64,000 nt of DNA from Lytechinus pictus. Its lineage: Eukaryota. Positions within the stretch are counted from its first letter, which is position 1; each line of letters opens with the position of its first letter. The notes beneath the pieces are model-generated. The model made no database searches and was not told where the DNA came from. It worked only from the letters and a program-made list of their open reading frames with translations. A program made the position numbers and the translations under genes. The stretch lies in contig NC_087251.1 of assembly GCF_037042905.1 (NCBI RefSeq), positions 3,970,001-4,034,000 of the forward strand, given 5' to 3'. Shown here in pieces: positions 51,030 to 64,000 of the stretch.

Positions 51030-52667
51030 CATGGGTGTCGATCAGTATTCTTGGTTGGGGGGGATGATGACACAAAAGTTATTGTGGATGGGGATCTTTC
51101 AACATTACCCCCACTAAAATCATAAGTTAGGACATTTGGGAGTGATTGATATGCATGGTGTTCTTGGAAATTCCTTCATTGTTGTAGTGTACTGTACTTA
51201 TATAATTTTTTTTTTATTCAATTTGTGTTACAAGTAAGCCTATTCTAAACTCATACGAAAGAAAAAATGACAAAAATTATCTGGAACATGTACATAGTGA
51301 TCTGTTGATTGAGCATGATGTATGCACAGGGGCATCGATCCATTTTTCAGATTGGGGGGGGGGCAAAATCATGAATCAACGTTCCAAAGACGCTCGATCA
51401 TATAAAACGAACAAACTCACCCACACACCCCTACACCCCCACACATAGGCCTATATTTTATATATATATATATATATATGAATCATGAGAAAGAGACACA
51501 TATCTCAACCTCACCAACAATGCGAGCGCGAAGCGCGAGCTGAAAATTTTTAGTATGACATGAAAACAGGAAAAATGTACCTGTTTAGGTTTGCTTGTAG
51601 TAACTCATGAGGAGCATAGATACATGTATCTCACTAGAGAGCGAGCTAAAATTTCTTTATATTCTGACGTGAAAGCTTGATATTCTAAGCACTTTTGGTA
51701 CCAATGATTAAGATGGGTATCTAGAAGAACAATAGATGCGAGCGCAAAGCGTCAGCTGAAAATTTTAATATTTCGATCTGGACAAAAAGACAATTTAATG
51801 GACGCTTTTAATAAAGAACAAGATATATATCCAACAAAAGATTATCGGAAATCGAAGCGGGAGTTCTTTTGAGGTACAGAACTGAAAACGGGACATTCTA
51901 TTCACCTATATAATCATGAAAAGTATGGGGTTTTGGTACAGAAATGATGCGAGCGCGAAGCGCGAGCTGAAAAATTTTATATTCCGATCTGAAAAGCAGA
52001 CATTTTGAGCACGATTTTAGATCAAAATCGAGTTGGTATCTTAATCTCGCTTGCTGGTTTCAGTGTAGCATTACAATCTTATTTTATTTTTAGTTGCACA
52101 TGCGGAATTATTGGGAGGGGGGCAAAACGATATGTTCCCCCCAAATATTTGCATTGGTGGGGCTATTACTCTAATAGCTATATGGTCATTCCTTAGACGA
52201 TTTATCTTGCCACCCTTTGACTCCCGTTTGTTTTTACACCCTTTTGAATTAATTGATTTATTAAAATTAATTCATTCACCACTGGTGGGATGGAACACCC
52301 TATCAACAAAAGTTGTTTTTCGTTGGGGTCCTTTTATGTCATGTGTTAAAAAATATCATATACATAAACATTTCATTCTTTTTCATCTTGAACTTCCACC
52401 CATCTGTTTAATAGTCCTGAAAAAGAATGTTTTCATTTACTAATAACAATATACACAAATTGCGAGGGAAACAAACTGATTGATCGCATACTATAATCAT
52501 CACTATAATCATCATATGATCAAACTTTTCATTTTTTCATCATCATTATTATAATTTTTCTACCCTAAATTATTGGGGGGATGATAATACAGGCCATCCC
52601 CCCCACTTGAAATATTGGGGGGGGGGATATATCCCCCCCCCCATCCCCCCCGTGATCGACACCCATG
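51030..52667. mobile_element. hAT-like non-autonomous element with internal GCGAAGC tandem repeats
   Basis: TIR CATGGGTGTCGATC / GATCGACACCCATG; 8-bp TSD AATCTAAG. Confidence 0.88.
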
Positions 52668-52863
52668 AATCTAAGCAATTTTTGTAATCGGGATAATCAC
52701 TGATATTCAGGCTAAAACAAAATAATGAAAACTCGTATCGCGAGCAAAATGATTTGTGTATATTGATTTTAAAACTGGATATTTTGACCCCATGTTATCC
52801 TTTTGAGCAGATTATATTTTACTCAACAGGCAGTTTTATATTTTGCCCCAAGGGCACTGAAAG

Positions 52864-53377
52864 CCCGGGGGGCACTCGACCAAAAAAGTGGTAGGGGTGT
52901 GCCGCGGGCGAGACAAAAAACGGGGGCCTTGGAGCGGGCTTATTATAAAAAGGAGGGTCCTCGGAACGGGCTTCGGAACTACGAATGTTTGTGAAAACGG
53001 GGGTCCTTGGAACGGTCGCCTGCGTGCGAGTGCGTATGCATCCCTATGGAACGTGCATGCAGCTGGGCTGCGGCACGACTGCCGGGCGCGCTAGCGCAGA
53101 GGCGATGGTCAGACAGCGAGCTGCGGCCGCTTTTCACCAAAATTGCGACAGGAACGGCGTAACGGAAAATATGCGAAGCCCTGATATGGAGCGGATTTTT
53201 TTTCTTCTTTTTTCTCGAGAAAAAGAAAATGCTATGCTTTGGAGCGGCTTTCTTTGTTCTTTTTCTCAATAAGTCAAAACTGCTATGCCTCGGAACGGAA
53301 ATTTGAGTGTAAAAATGGGGGTCCCCTCCGCGGCACATACCCACTATGCATTATATACTGAGTGCCCCCCCCCCGGG
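52864..53377 (+). mobile_element. GC-rich CCCGGG-ended MITE, copy 1
   Basis: TIR CCCGGGGGGCACTC / GAGTGCCC..CCGGG; 8-bp TSD ACTGAAAG; inverted homolog at 58056-58575. Confidence 0.85.
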
Positions 53378-53523
53378 ACTGAAAGGTGCCCTTTTTAGGG
53401 ACATAATGTACCTCTTGTTGTACAAAGCTTTCTCTTTATTCTATGACCAGTTAGAGGCAAAATACAAAGAATAAATAATTACGAAAATAAAACAAAACCA
53501 CCATCGGTGACACATGTGTTTAT

Positions 53524-54979
53524 AGTTGAATTAAGAAGGGGGTGAGTTTCCATAAATATAGGTTCTACATACAATATATAGTATATATAAGTTGTTCAAA
53601 CACATAGCATGTCACAATAATCCTCTGCCTTCTCGATATTTTGCTTTGAAAGTCTATGAAATTAGCCACCTGTCAGAGCCCGAGAGACGAGTGTACAGAA
53701 AAGTCACTCGGAGTGTGACGTCACCGGGGGGAATTTAGTATAAGAGGTGCCTGAATGTCATACAGAAATGCTATGCAGAGAGAGAAAGATATTTTACAAT
53801 TTTTTTTCAAAGTAACTCAAATCAAATAAATAGGACTGATATGTACAAATCTTTACTTTCCCTGTATAAAAAACAGTATGAATAACCACCATGAACTCTT
53901 CAATCATGATGTAAGATAGCAAACAGTGAGTTATTGAATGATATTTTCACTATTTCTCATTTATTTTATCACGATGTTCAATCAAGTGAGTAGCTGGAAA
54001 GTAATTCCGGCGGCTAGCTCAGCGCGCGCTGAACGCATAATACTAGTACACACAACACCCGGGCATTGAGTGTATACTGTTATGGTCTGGTATGTCGACT
54101 TAGTTCATGGCCGTGCAGCGATCCCCTGGCGTTTTTTCTTCTTTTCTTTTGTCTTTGACTCCACTTTTATATCCTCTGGATCATTTCCACTCATAGCTCA
54201 TTCCACAGAACAATCTTGAACCAAACGTATAGTATTCTTTCTCGGCCTTCTGAGTTGTTTTCTATATTTAATTACGCTAGGGGTCACCGCCACACATACA
54301 AACGCAATTCGGAAGTGAGTTGAAGACAGAAAGATATATAGTAATTAGTATACATCTCTATGGTTGAAGACAACAAGAATGGTACGGTAGCTCGACAGCT
54401 AGCTGCGCCGGAGCGGGCGGCCGGTCGGCACAAAGCAATTCCGCAACCAACTGTGTTTTTTTGCAAGAGCCGCGTCACACGCGGATAAATATGTCATAAT
54501 AACACGTCTGCTACGTTATCGACTGGTGAGAAGATCTCGATCAAATTTCATATTATTCACCTTGAAATTATTCCTTTAGGGTCTATGGTATCATTCTGAG
54601 GGAATTCACATATTTGGAATAATAGTACGGCCACAAATATTTTAATCATTTCCTCTTTGCAAGTTCTATGGCTCGCAGATACAACTTCAACTGCAGTTAT
54701 TCCATATGAAGGAGTACGTGCATAGTACACAAAACGGCACTGCCTTGATTACTACACCGGGACCGAATACCCCCCGGTGACGTCACACTCAAAGAACACC
54801 CGTCTCGGTAGGCATTGCAGGAGCGAACTCAGGGAAAATGGGTAGGGATAAATCGTTCAAATTCACTATTTTGAAAAAAGAAAATGGGGGGGTCGAATCA
54901 CCTATTAGTGTTTGGGGGGTTGTAAGGTTGCTATTAATGTAAATATCTCAATATTTGGAATCGTCTTCTTAATTCAACT
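53524..54979. mobile_element. Kolobok-like non-autonomous element
   Basis: 15-bp perfect TIR AGTTGAATTAAGAAG; TTAT/TTAA flanks; perfect 21-bp subterminal inverted repeat GAGTGTGACGTCACCGGGGGG (53711-53731 / 54770-54790). Confidence 0.8.
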
Positions 54980-55338
54980 TTAAAAAACAGGTTTCAATTC
55001 ACGCAGTATAGTACGTGCATATATGCATTATCATGTATGCATGGCGCACTAGCAATCGCGCTTCCGAACTTCAATGAAAGGCTCCATATGTGATTGCCAT
55101 GCTTTCGCCCAGATCGGTAGATACATCCAAATAGCAGTTTTTTTCTATTCAACTCTACATTAATCCAAACACTCCGTTGTCCAATTCTACACTGCTAGCC
55201 AGGGAATCTTTTGTATAAATAGCGACTCCTATTTTTGAAATCTGATCATCACTGGACATACACAAATGATATTCTGAAAGTTTTAATTCACTTTGTTGAA
55301 TCTCTGACTGTTTATTTTTTTGATAAATTTCAATATCT

Positions 55339-56477
55339 CAACCGCGTAGCCAGGATTTCATTTTGGAGGGGGCGGTAAATGCACGCGAAGCGTGCCAATA
55401 CTTACAGAGCGCGCGAAGCGCGCTCCCTAGGGGGTGGGTGCAGGGAGGGGGAGTTTCCCCCTCCCGTGCGAAGCGCGAAGCTTTCGGTGTTTCATAAATT
55501 GAAATAAAAAGGAGCCGCCTCCCTTGTCTCTAGTTCCTATATCAGCTCCAATTCATTTGACTATATTGTGATTTTGAACCTTGTTTTCAAAAGTGATTCT
55601 AAAACGAACAAAAAAGAGATAAAATGGAGGAAATTAAAATAATATTAACCCCGCGCGAAGCGCGGAAGTTAAAGCGTTTTTTAATTTTTTTGCAAAGAAA
55701 ATGGTCCCGAGAAAAGGTTATTTTCTAAGTTATATTGCTAGTACTTCCCTTGGAAAGATCAGATTTGATTACAAACAATTTAGCGACAGTGCATATCTTA
55801 ACTCGCAAAACAGAGGAGAAGAAGGATTTATGCCGGGAGGAAGATATTCCTCCCCGCTCAGAGCAATGAAACTCTGAAATTTCAAACGGGCGGACGTTTC
55901 ATCAAATGCAGATATCTCTAATTTAGTTAATTTTCTAAGATTATTGAACTTCATTACAAGGAAAATAGTGCGCAAAAAGTTGAAACTTCTGTGATTGTTG
56001 AAATTATATAAAACACGATGAGGTATAATTTCTTTCACTTATCCTGATACGCTTCACTTTGAATGATAAAGAAACTTAAGTGTCATTCAAAATTTCAAAC
56101 TGAGGGCGCAAAACAGGACAGGAGATGAATGTGCAGGGAAATAACATGAAGTTGAATAGAATTTGATAAAAAAATATTGCACTTTTTTTTATTTAAAACG
56201 ACACGAACTTTATACCTTCCTCTTTAATTAGAAACCTGTTTGCCCCCAAATTATGGTTGTTTAGTAATGAGCTGAAAAGCGGGAGAAGTTGCCTATAAAT
56301 GGAGGTGACGGCATGCAGAAATTGAGATAAAGATTTTACCCGCCAGGAGCCGACCCGACCAGAAGTTGCGCGATCAATTAAAATAAAAAGATAAATTCAT
56401 ATACTTCGGCCTAACCTTACTCTAATTCCATGCCCTAATGTATACGTTTGAACTTTAACGGGCAAGAAACACATATA
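55339..56477 (-). mobile_element. Family F copy 2, first part (resumes at 63880 and runs off the window)
   Basis: Reverse complement of ~36080-37200; homology stops at 56477 and resumes at 63880. Confidence 0.8.
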
Positions 56478-58055
56478 GTACGGGAGCCAGCAGGGGTCAG
56501 CATAGCTGAAAAGGTAGACAATTTTCATGTTAATGACGTGATTCCCCATATCACACAATGCAATGAATGGGGCGTCTGCCGTGTCCTAAGTGGTGGATGT
56601 GGCCGTAGGGGCCCTAAAAAGAGGCCCCAAAATTGAGCTAGATCAGCTGGAAAGGTAACCACTTGAAACCAACAGGATAATGTTCGGCATAGTTCACTTG
56701 TACATGAATGATACTTAACTGACACTTTAAGTGGTGGGGCACCCCCGGCAGACGCCCCCGGCAGACGCCCCCAAAACCCCGCCCCACCCAAATTTAGCTA
56801 GATCAGCTGGAAAAGTAACCACCTGAAACCAATAGGAAAATGTTCGGCATAGTTCACTTGTACATGAATGATACTTAACTGACACTTTAAGTGGTGGGGC
56901 ACCTCCGGCAGACGCCCCCAATTGGGGGCCCCAAATTGAGCTAGATCAGCTGGAAAGGTAACCACTTGAAACGAACAGGATAATGTTCGGCATAGTTCAC
57001 TTTTATATGAATGACACTTAACTGACACTTTAAGTGGTGGGGCGCCCCCGGCAGACGCCCCCAAACCCCGCCCCCTCCCAAATTTAGCTAGATCAGCTGG
57101 CAAGGTAACCAACTGAAACCAACAGGAAAATGTTCAGAACAGTTCACTTGTACATGAATGACACTTAACTGACATTTTAAGTGGTGGGGCGCCCCCGACA
57201 GACGCCCCCTCCCAAATTTAGCTACATCAGCGGGCAAGGTAACCAACTGAAACGAACAGGAAAATATTTGGAATAGTTCACTTGTACATGAATGACACTT
57301 AACTGACACTTTAAGTAGTGGGACACCCTCCCCCCGACAGACGCCCCCAATTTGGGGCGTCCAAATTGGGCTCGATCAGCTGGAATGAAATTCTTACTTT
57401 TACTATCCTTTTCTTTTTGTTCTTATTTGTAGAACTCTTCCATCTGTGTGCTAGTGATATGCGGGTGGGGTCCGGGGGCGGAACCCTTGTTACCTCTTTA
57501 TATGAAGCCATTTTAAACCTTATAGAATAAATCCCAGGTATACCATTTACACAACACATTACTTCAACGCAGTTGCATAATAAACCAAATATTTTGAGGT
57601 GGCACATATATAAAATGTGGGATATTGTTGCCAGCGAGAAAAGCGAGCCAGAAAAAAATGGCCAATTGAAATGAAATTCTAATTATGTGATAGCTTTTTA
57701 CATTATATATCATAATTATTTATTACATATAATTATTTCATTCCCCCCCCCATTCATTTCCTGTCCTTGTCATCATTATTTTCTCCCCCCCCCCCACCCC
57801 ATATACGCCAGTGCTTCAACATAAAACTCAATGCAGGAAGGTCCATACAGGTGCCCCGTTATATAGGGCCCTTTGGAGGTTACAGATGAAGAGCCCCTGC
57901 TGCATGAGGTCTGTGGCAAAGTCCCCGGTAGCTTTTGAGATTGTAGACATTAAGAAGCTTTTTACGGTAACTCTTGCCAGCGTAAAGCTTACTTAATAGG
58001 TAGGGATATATAACATAAATATATAGGAGGATGTGTCTAGACCTTGGCCTAGGAC

Positions 58056-58575
58056 TCGGGGGGAGGGGCACACTCAGTATATAATGCATACAATGCAATG
58101 TGCCGCAGAGGGGACCCCCATTTTTACACTCAAATTTCCGTTCCAGGGCATAGCATTTTTGTCTTATTGAGAAAAAGAACAAAGAAAGCCGCTCCAAAGC
58201 ATAGCATTTTCTTCTTATCGAGAAAAAAGAAGAAAGAAATCCGCTCCAAAGCTTCGCATATTTTCCGTTACGCTGTTCCGGTCGCAATTTTGGTGAAAAG
58301 CGGCCGCAGCTCACTGTCCGACCATCGCCTCTGCGCTAGCGTGCAAGGCAGTCGTGCCGCCGGGCTAGCTGCATGCACGTTCCATAGGGATGCTATATAC
58401 GCTCCTAGAAGGCGACCCGTTCCAAGGACCCCCGTTTACACAAACATTTGTAGTTCCGAAGCCTATTCCGAGGAACCTCCTTTTTACAATAAGCCCACTC
58501 CAAGGCCCCCGTTTTTTGTCTTGCCCGCGGCACATACCTACTACTTTTTTGGTCGAGTGCCCCCCCCCCCCCGGG
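58056..58575 (-). mobile_element. CCCGGG-ended MITE, copy 2, nested in the foldback
   Basis: Reverse complement of 52864-53377; 8-bp TSD CCTAGGAC. Confidence 0.85.
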
Positions 58576-59691
58576 CCTAGGACTTTGTTTTTCCTGGTTG
58601 CGACCATTACTGCATTAAATTGATCAAGTTTAAAATAGACTTCATACACAGTGTTATATGGCATACATTTTTCTTCCCGTTCTTTGTTTTTAATCCTCGG
58701 CAGACCGGTCGTGTTTTTAAGTTCTCTTTTTTTTTCTTGCCTGTCCCTTTTCTTCATTTTCAAATTTAGCTTTTGGCTCATTCCATTTTACCGTAATTTT
58801 CCGCTTATATTTGCCTCTTTCTTTTCCTTTTATGTTCAATTTTGTCATTTATTTGACTTTTTTTACCAAACATGCTAGTGTAGCCTATTAGTATTTTACG
58901 ATAATTTGTTTTTTCTCAAGAGTTTTTCTTTCCTTTTCCCGATTTCCTTTCGTTTTCCCTTTTGTATGTTCTTGCTTTCCCTCTCCCCTTCCTCTTTTCC
59001 CCCTTTTCTTTCACTTTCACGAGACTGGAGAAATTGCCTTGCTAACTACAAACAAATTAAGATTTGTGTGTGTCTGTGTGAATGTGTCAACAGTAACATG
59101 TGTAATGGTGTGTAATGCAATAACACAAGAAGGTTCATTGATTGCTGTTTTTTTTTTATCTTCATGCATTTTCATTCTGAAATTGACTGGACTAATTTTT
59201 AACTTTAGATAATCGTTTCATAATTGTATCATTTTTTAATTATATTACTTACGACTTTTATGTAAGTCATAAGTGAAAAAGGTATCTCTTCTGCCTTTCC
59301 GTTTTCAGCCACTTATCTTATCTGATATTGATAATAAATGTACAGTAGTACATAAAAAAAGAGCTGAACCTCATCCACAATATACATATACCATATAATT
59401 TTGGTTATGATCACCAATACGTTCAGGGCATTTTACGGAGAGAGAGAAAAAAATCACTGGTGCCAATAACAACAATTAATGATAGCGAGTATACACCTGA
59501 AAATTTTGTAATCGTGGTAATATGATGATTCAAACTGGTATTCACAAGTTATTGGTAAATAATTTTTGTTAACCCTAATGATACTTCAACATTCTCAGGC
59601 AAAGTATTGTTGAAATTGAATTTTTTGTCTACCATATGAGGCTGACTAAAATGATTAGTTTTTTTGTCGAATTGTTGAGTTAGCATTTTAA

Positions 59692-60581
59692 GGATGTTCC
59701 ACAGTTAAAGTGAAATCCATGTCATTTTCACCAAACTTTCCACAGAGATAATTTAGCACCTGAATATTCCAAATATGCAAAATATAAAGTGGGTCCATGC
59801 ACTTGATTTTCTGCTATAGATCTTCAAACTTCACCCAAATGGATGTTTTTTTAAGAATTGCGCATTTAAACGAAATAAGCATTTTTAGACCAAACGCGAT
59901 CAATACAATCAGTTTAAACCTCTATTACTCAGTCAAAATCCATGAAAATTTCATCAAATTTTGAAATATAGTTAATAATTGTATGCTCAAGATGGAGAAT
60001 CTATTTATATTGCTATTTGTTTGCTCATTTAAATCTAAACAGCACTGTCAGATCTTAAAATACGGTGAAAGATAACAAAAACCCAGTCTGTGAGACTGAG
60101 ATTTCAATAACAAACTTGAGAAGTTCAATAAATGCTGCACTTTATTCAAACCCCATGTCATTTTCACCAAACTTTGCAAAGTTGTAGAGGAAGGTATACC
60201 TAAGAGGTGCAAACATTGAAAATAGAGGTTCATGTGCTTGTTTTCAAACTGTCAGCACTTTTATCAGAGCAAATGTGCTTTTTAAAACTACAAAAATGCG
60301 CCAAATGCTTTGTATCTGTGTGAGTAAAAATTTGAAACCACTCTACCATTTATTCAAACTCGGGGTAATGTTCATTATACTTTACAGCACTACTTTGTAG
60401 AAGTATTTTTAGGAATTGGTCTATGGAATAATTCCAGTTTATTAGCTTCATAAAATAAAACATTGGATCTGCAGTTAGAGTGTATAATGAGTAAAATCGG
60501 CTCATACCTACAGCTGATTAATCACCTGTCCATCCATAGTGCGCAAATCAAGATGCGCACAAACATAACTGTGGAACGTCC
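59692..60581 (-). mobile_element. Kolobok-like MITE, copy 2, nested in the foldback
   Basis: Same TIR as 5854-6789, TTAA TSD, colinear reverse-complement homology. Confidence 0.85.
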
Positions 60582-60610
60582 TTAAATTGTATTTACGTAA
60601 CATGTTTTGA

Positions 60611-63221
60611 TGTGTATATAGGAATGCATTTAAGCGTTCAGAAAATGAGATATGTTCCTACTGTTTTCTAATGCAGGGCAATATGTTTTATCAGAAAAAT
60701 GAAATGATGTTTGACTTCTTACTTCTTAAGGTCATGTCGAATTTCTGCTTTATTCGCATTCATTTTTGTTTGCATTGAAGCAATGGACGTGTGAAGGCCC
60801 GGTGTGAAGGTTATTTATTATTTTTCTGGTTTCCTCTTATGTTCCGTTTCTCTTTTTCCATTCGTAACCTCTTTCTCATTCTTCCCCTTCCGATTCCCTT
60901 CCTTTTCCTAGTCCTCTTTTAACTTGTGAAAATAGTTATATGCACACCATCATGAATATTCATTAGGTGGGCTGATGACGTCACGTCCCCACTTTCGTTT
61001 TTCTTATGTTATTACAATCATGAAATCATAAATGTTTCATTTTTTATGACACATGTATGTCTCCGTCATAATGAAATGAGTTGCAGAAATAAATATATAA
61101 TGCCTTAAATCAGTTGTCAATCCAATTTTTTTCAGTTCTTGGTAGAAAAACAACAACCTAATTTCATATAATAACATATAAAAGAACAAGTGGTGATATG
61201 ACATCAATTTACTCATGTAATATTCATGAACACATGCCTAGAACTATTTCACATGAATAATGCAAATCTCTAAATGCCATTCGTTGTTATTCCTTGTCAG
61301 ATTTTGATCAAATTTTCAGTGATTTGTTTGTTTGATTTTTCTTTATCTGTTTAATTCATATTATTTTCAGCCTGGAGCATCACTTAAGGTGTCATTCATG
61401 TAACAGTGGACTATGTCAAACATTTTCCTGGTAGTTTCATGTGGGTATCTTAGCTTGCCAGCTGATCTAGCTCAACATTGTTGGGAGGGGGGGGGGGGTT
61501 CAGGGTTTTGGGAGCATCTGGCGGGGGTGCCCTACCACTGAAAGTGTCAGTTAAGTGTCATTCATGTACAAGTGAACTATGCCAAACATTTTCCTGTTGG
61601 TTTCATGTGGTTACCTTGTCAGCTAATCTAGCTCAATATTGGGGGGGGGGGGGGGCGTCTGCCGGGGGCGTCTCACCACTTAAAGTGTCAGTTATGAATT
61701 ATTCATGTGTATATAGGAATGCATTTAAGCGTTCAGAAAATGAGATATGTTCCTACTGTTTTCTAATGCAGGGCAATATGTTTTATCAGAAAAATGAAAT
61801 GATGTTTGACTTCTTACTTCTTAAGGTCATGTCGAATTTCTGCTTTATTCGCATTCATTTTTGTTTGCATTGAAGCAATGGAGGTGTGAAGGCCCGGTGT
61901 GAAGGTTATTTATTATTTTTCTGGGTTCCTCTTATGTTCCGTTTCTCTTTTTCCATTCGTAACCTCTTTCTCATTCTTCCCCTTCCGATTCCCTTCCTTT
62001 TCCTAGTCCTCTTTTAACTTATCATTTTATTTAAAATTCTAATTCATACTCATTCATTGAATTATTAAGTTATGAAAAAAGGAATATGTATCCATTCCTT
62101 TTTCATAAAACGTTTGTAGCATAGGTGTCCTCGTATTTGATAGTGGAGATGAGTACATGATGGGAAACATGGAATGGATAAAATGAAATTGAAAAAAGTA
62201 TAACATCAGATTCAGTCTCAATCTACTGCCCCCAGCTCCTCAACAGCACAACTCATGTAGAATATTTTCTAATTGGTTTCATGTTGTTAATAATCTTTCC
62301 GGGGGGGGGTCGGGATTTGGGGGCATCTCCCGGGCTCCCCACCACTCAAAGTGCCAATTCACAGAGCACAATGCTGAAAATTTCAACAAAATCAGATAAC
62401 AAATAATTAAGTTATTGAATTTTAAAGTTTAGCAATATTTTGTGAAAATAGTTATATGCACACCATCATGAATATTCATTAGGTGGGCTGATGATGTCAC
62501 GTCCCCACTTTCGTTTTTCTTATGTTATTACAATCATGAAATCATAGATGTTTCATTTTTTTTATGACACATGTATGTCTCCGTCATAATGAAATGAGTT
62601 GCAGAAATAAATATATAATGCCTTAAATCAGTTGTCAATCCAATTTTTTTCAGTTCTTGGTAGAAAAAACAACAACCTCATTTCATATAATAACATATAA
62701 AAGAACAAGTGGTGATATGACATCAATTTACTCATGTAATATTCATGAACACATGCCTAGAACTATTTCACATGAATAATGCAAATCTCTAAATGCCATT
62801 CGTTGTTATTCCTTGTCAGATTTTGATCAAATTTTCAGTGATTTGTTTGTTTGATTTTTCTTTATCTGTTTAATTCATATTATTTTCAGCCTGGAGCATC
62901 ACTTAAGGTGTCATTCATGTAACAGTGGACTATGTCAAACATTTTCCTGGTAGTTTCATGTGGGTACCTTAGCTTGCCAGCTGATCTAGCTCAACATTGT
63001 TGGGGGGGGGGGGTCAGGATTTTGGGAGCATCTGGCGGGGGTGCCCTACCACTGAAAGTGTCAGTTAAGTGTCATTCATGTACAAGTGAACTATGCCAAA
63101 CATTTTCCTGTTGGTTTCATGTGGTTACCTTGTCAGCTAATCTAGCTCAATATTGGGGGGGGGGGGGGCGTCTGCCGGGGGCGTCTCACCACTTAAAGTG
63201 TCAGTTATGAATTATTCATGT
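60611..63221 (+). repeat. Recent tandem duplication (X-Z then X-Y-Z) inside the foldback
   Basis: 60611-60924 matches 61705-62020; 60923-61707 matches 62439-63221; few substitutions. Confidence 0.85.
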
Positions 63222-64000
63222 ACAAGTAAACTATGCCAAACATTTTCCTGTTGGTTTCAAGTGGTTACCTTTCCAGCTGATCTAGCTCAATTTGGGGCCC
63301 CCAATTGGGGGCGTCTGCCGGGGGTGCCCCACCACTTTAAGTGTCAGTTAAGTATCATTCATGTACAAGTGAACTATGCCGAACATTTTCCTGTTCGTTT
63401 CAAGTGGTTACCTTTCCAGCTGATCTAGCTCAATTTGGGAGGGGGCGGGGTTTTAGGGGCGTCTGCCGGGGGCGCCCCACCACTTAAAGTGTCAGTTAAG
63501 TGTCATTCATATACAAGTGAGCTATGCCGAACATTATCCTGTTGGTTTCAAATGGTTACCTTTCCAGCTGATCTAGCTCAATTTGGGGCCCCCAATTGGG
63601 GGCGTCTGCCGGGGGTGCCCCACCACTTAAAGTGTCAGTTAAGTATCATTCATGTACAAGTGAACTATGCCGAACATTTTCCTGTTGGTTTCAGGTGGTT
63701 ACCTTTCCAGCTGATCTAGCTCAATTTTGGGGCCTCTTTTTAGGGCCCCTACGGCCACATCCACCACTTAGGACACGGCAGACGCCCCATTCATTGCATT
63801 GTGTGATATGGGGAATCACGTCATTAACATGAAAATTGTCTACCTTTTCAGCTATGCTGACCCCTCCTGGCTCCTGCTCTAATATAGCTGAGGTGGAAAA
63901 ACAGGGTTAGAGAAAGGGTGAGGGAAACAAAGGAGAACTGCAATATTGTCGCAGCGCTGAAGCAAAATTCATATATATAAATTTAGAGCAAGAGTTACGG

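Larger units (their letters stand above)
56478..63879. mobile_element. 7.4-kb non-coding foldback element with long inverted arms of ~145-bp tandem units
   Basis: Outer ~150 bp are near-perfect inverted repeats. Left arm extends to ~57385; right arm starts at ~62250-62900. Cleanly splits family F copy 2. Confidence 0.85.

Noticed and set aside
52979..58781. Paired 95-160 aa ORFs (MCRGGDPHFYTQISVP...)
   Set aside because: They fall in two copies of a GC-rich 0.5-kb MITE, have no domain motifs, and diverge in frame between copies.
56525..63832. Family of similar ORFs (GASAGGAPPLKVSVK...)
   Set aside because: They are translations of the non-coding ~145-bp repeat, appear in several frames, and are broken by G/C-run length changes.
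32520..64000. PSMB1 head-to-head with TBP (and PDCD2 downstream), as in vertebrates
   Set aside because: No recognisable PSMB1 or PDCD2 peptide in the ORF track or by eye. Short exons could be missed; TBLASTN would decide.
1..64000. tRNA, rRNA or snRNA genes
   Set aside because: None recognised by eye. tRNAscan-SE/Infernal could not be run, so small RNAs such as intronic snoRNAs are not excluded.

Overview
AT-rich, repeat-dense animal genomic DNA. It is most likely an echinoid (sea urchin), inferred from the TBP N-terminus and the repeat families. The only host gene I can fully reconstruct is TBP (TATA-binding protein): minus strand, 7 coding exons from 32030 to 15433, 271 aa, all introns GT-AG and in phase. 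Its last intron holds an intact, very young 7.85-kb Ty3/gypsy LTR retrotransposon in antisense. This element has CsRn1-clade hallmarks: 1.73-kb near-identical LTRs, CACT TSD, tRNA-Trp PBS and a CHCC gag motif. Its gag-pol junction has a G_GGA_AAC -1 frameshift site with a predicted pseudoknot. The rest is nested mobile DNA: a 5'-truncated CR1/L2-group LINE with an open RT ORF, a decayed LINE, Kolobok-, piggyBac- and hAT-like MITEs, Helentron-associated-like (HINE) elements, tiny palindromic insertions, and a 7.4-kb non-coding foldback element with long arms built from ~145-bp repeats. A candidate spliced transcript with a small ORF lies at 45.7-47.2 kb. I found no convincing new multi-gene system. 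All family assignments rest on motif recognition by eye, not database searches.
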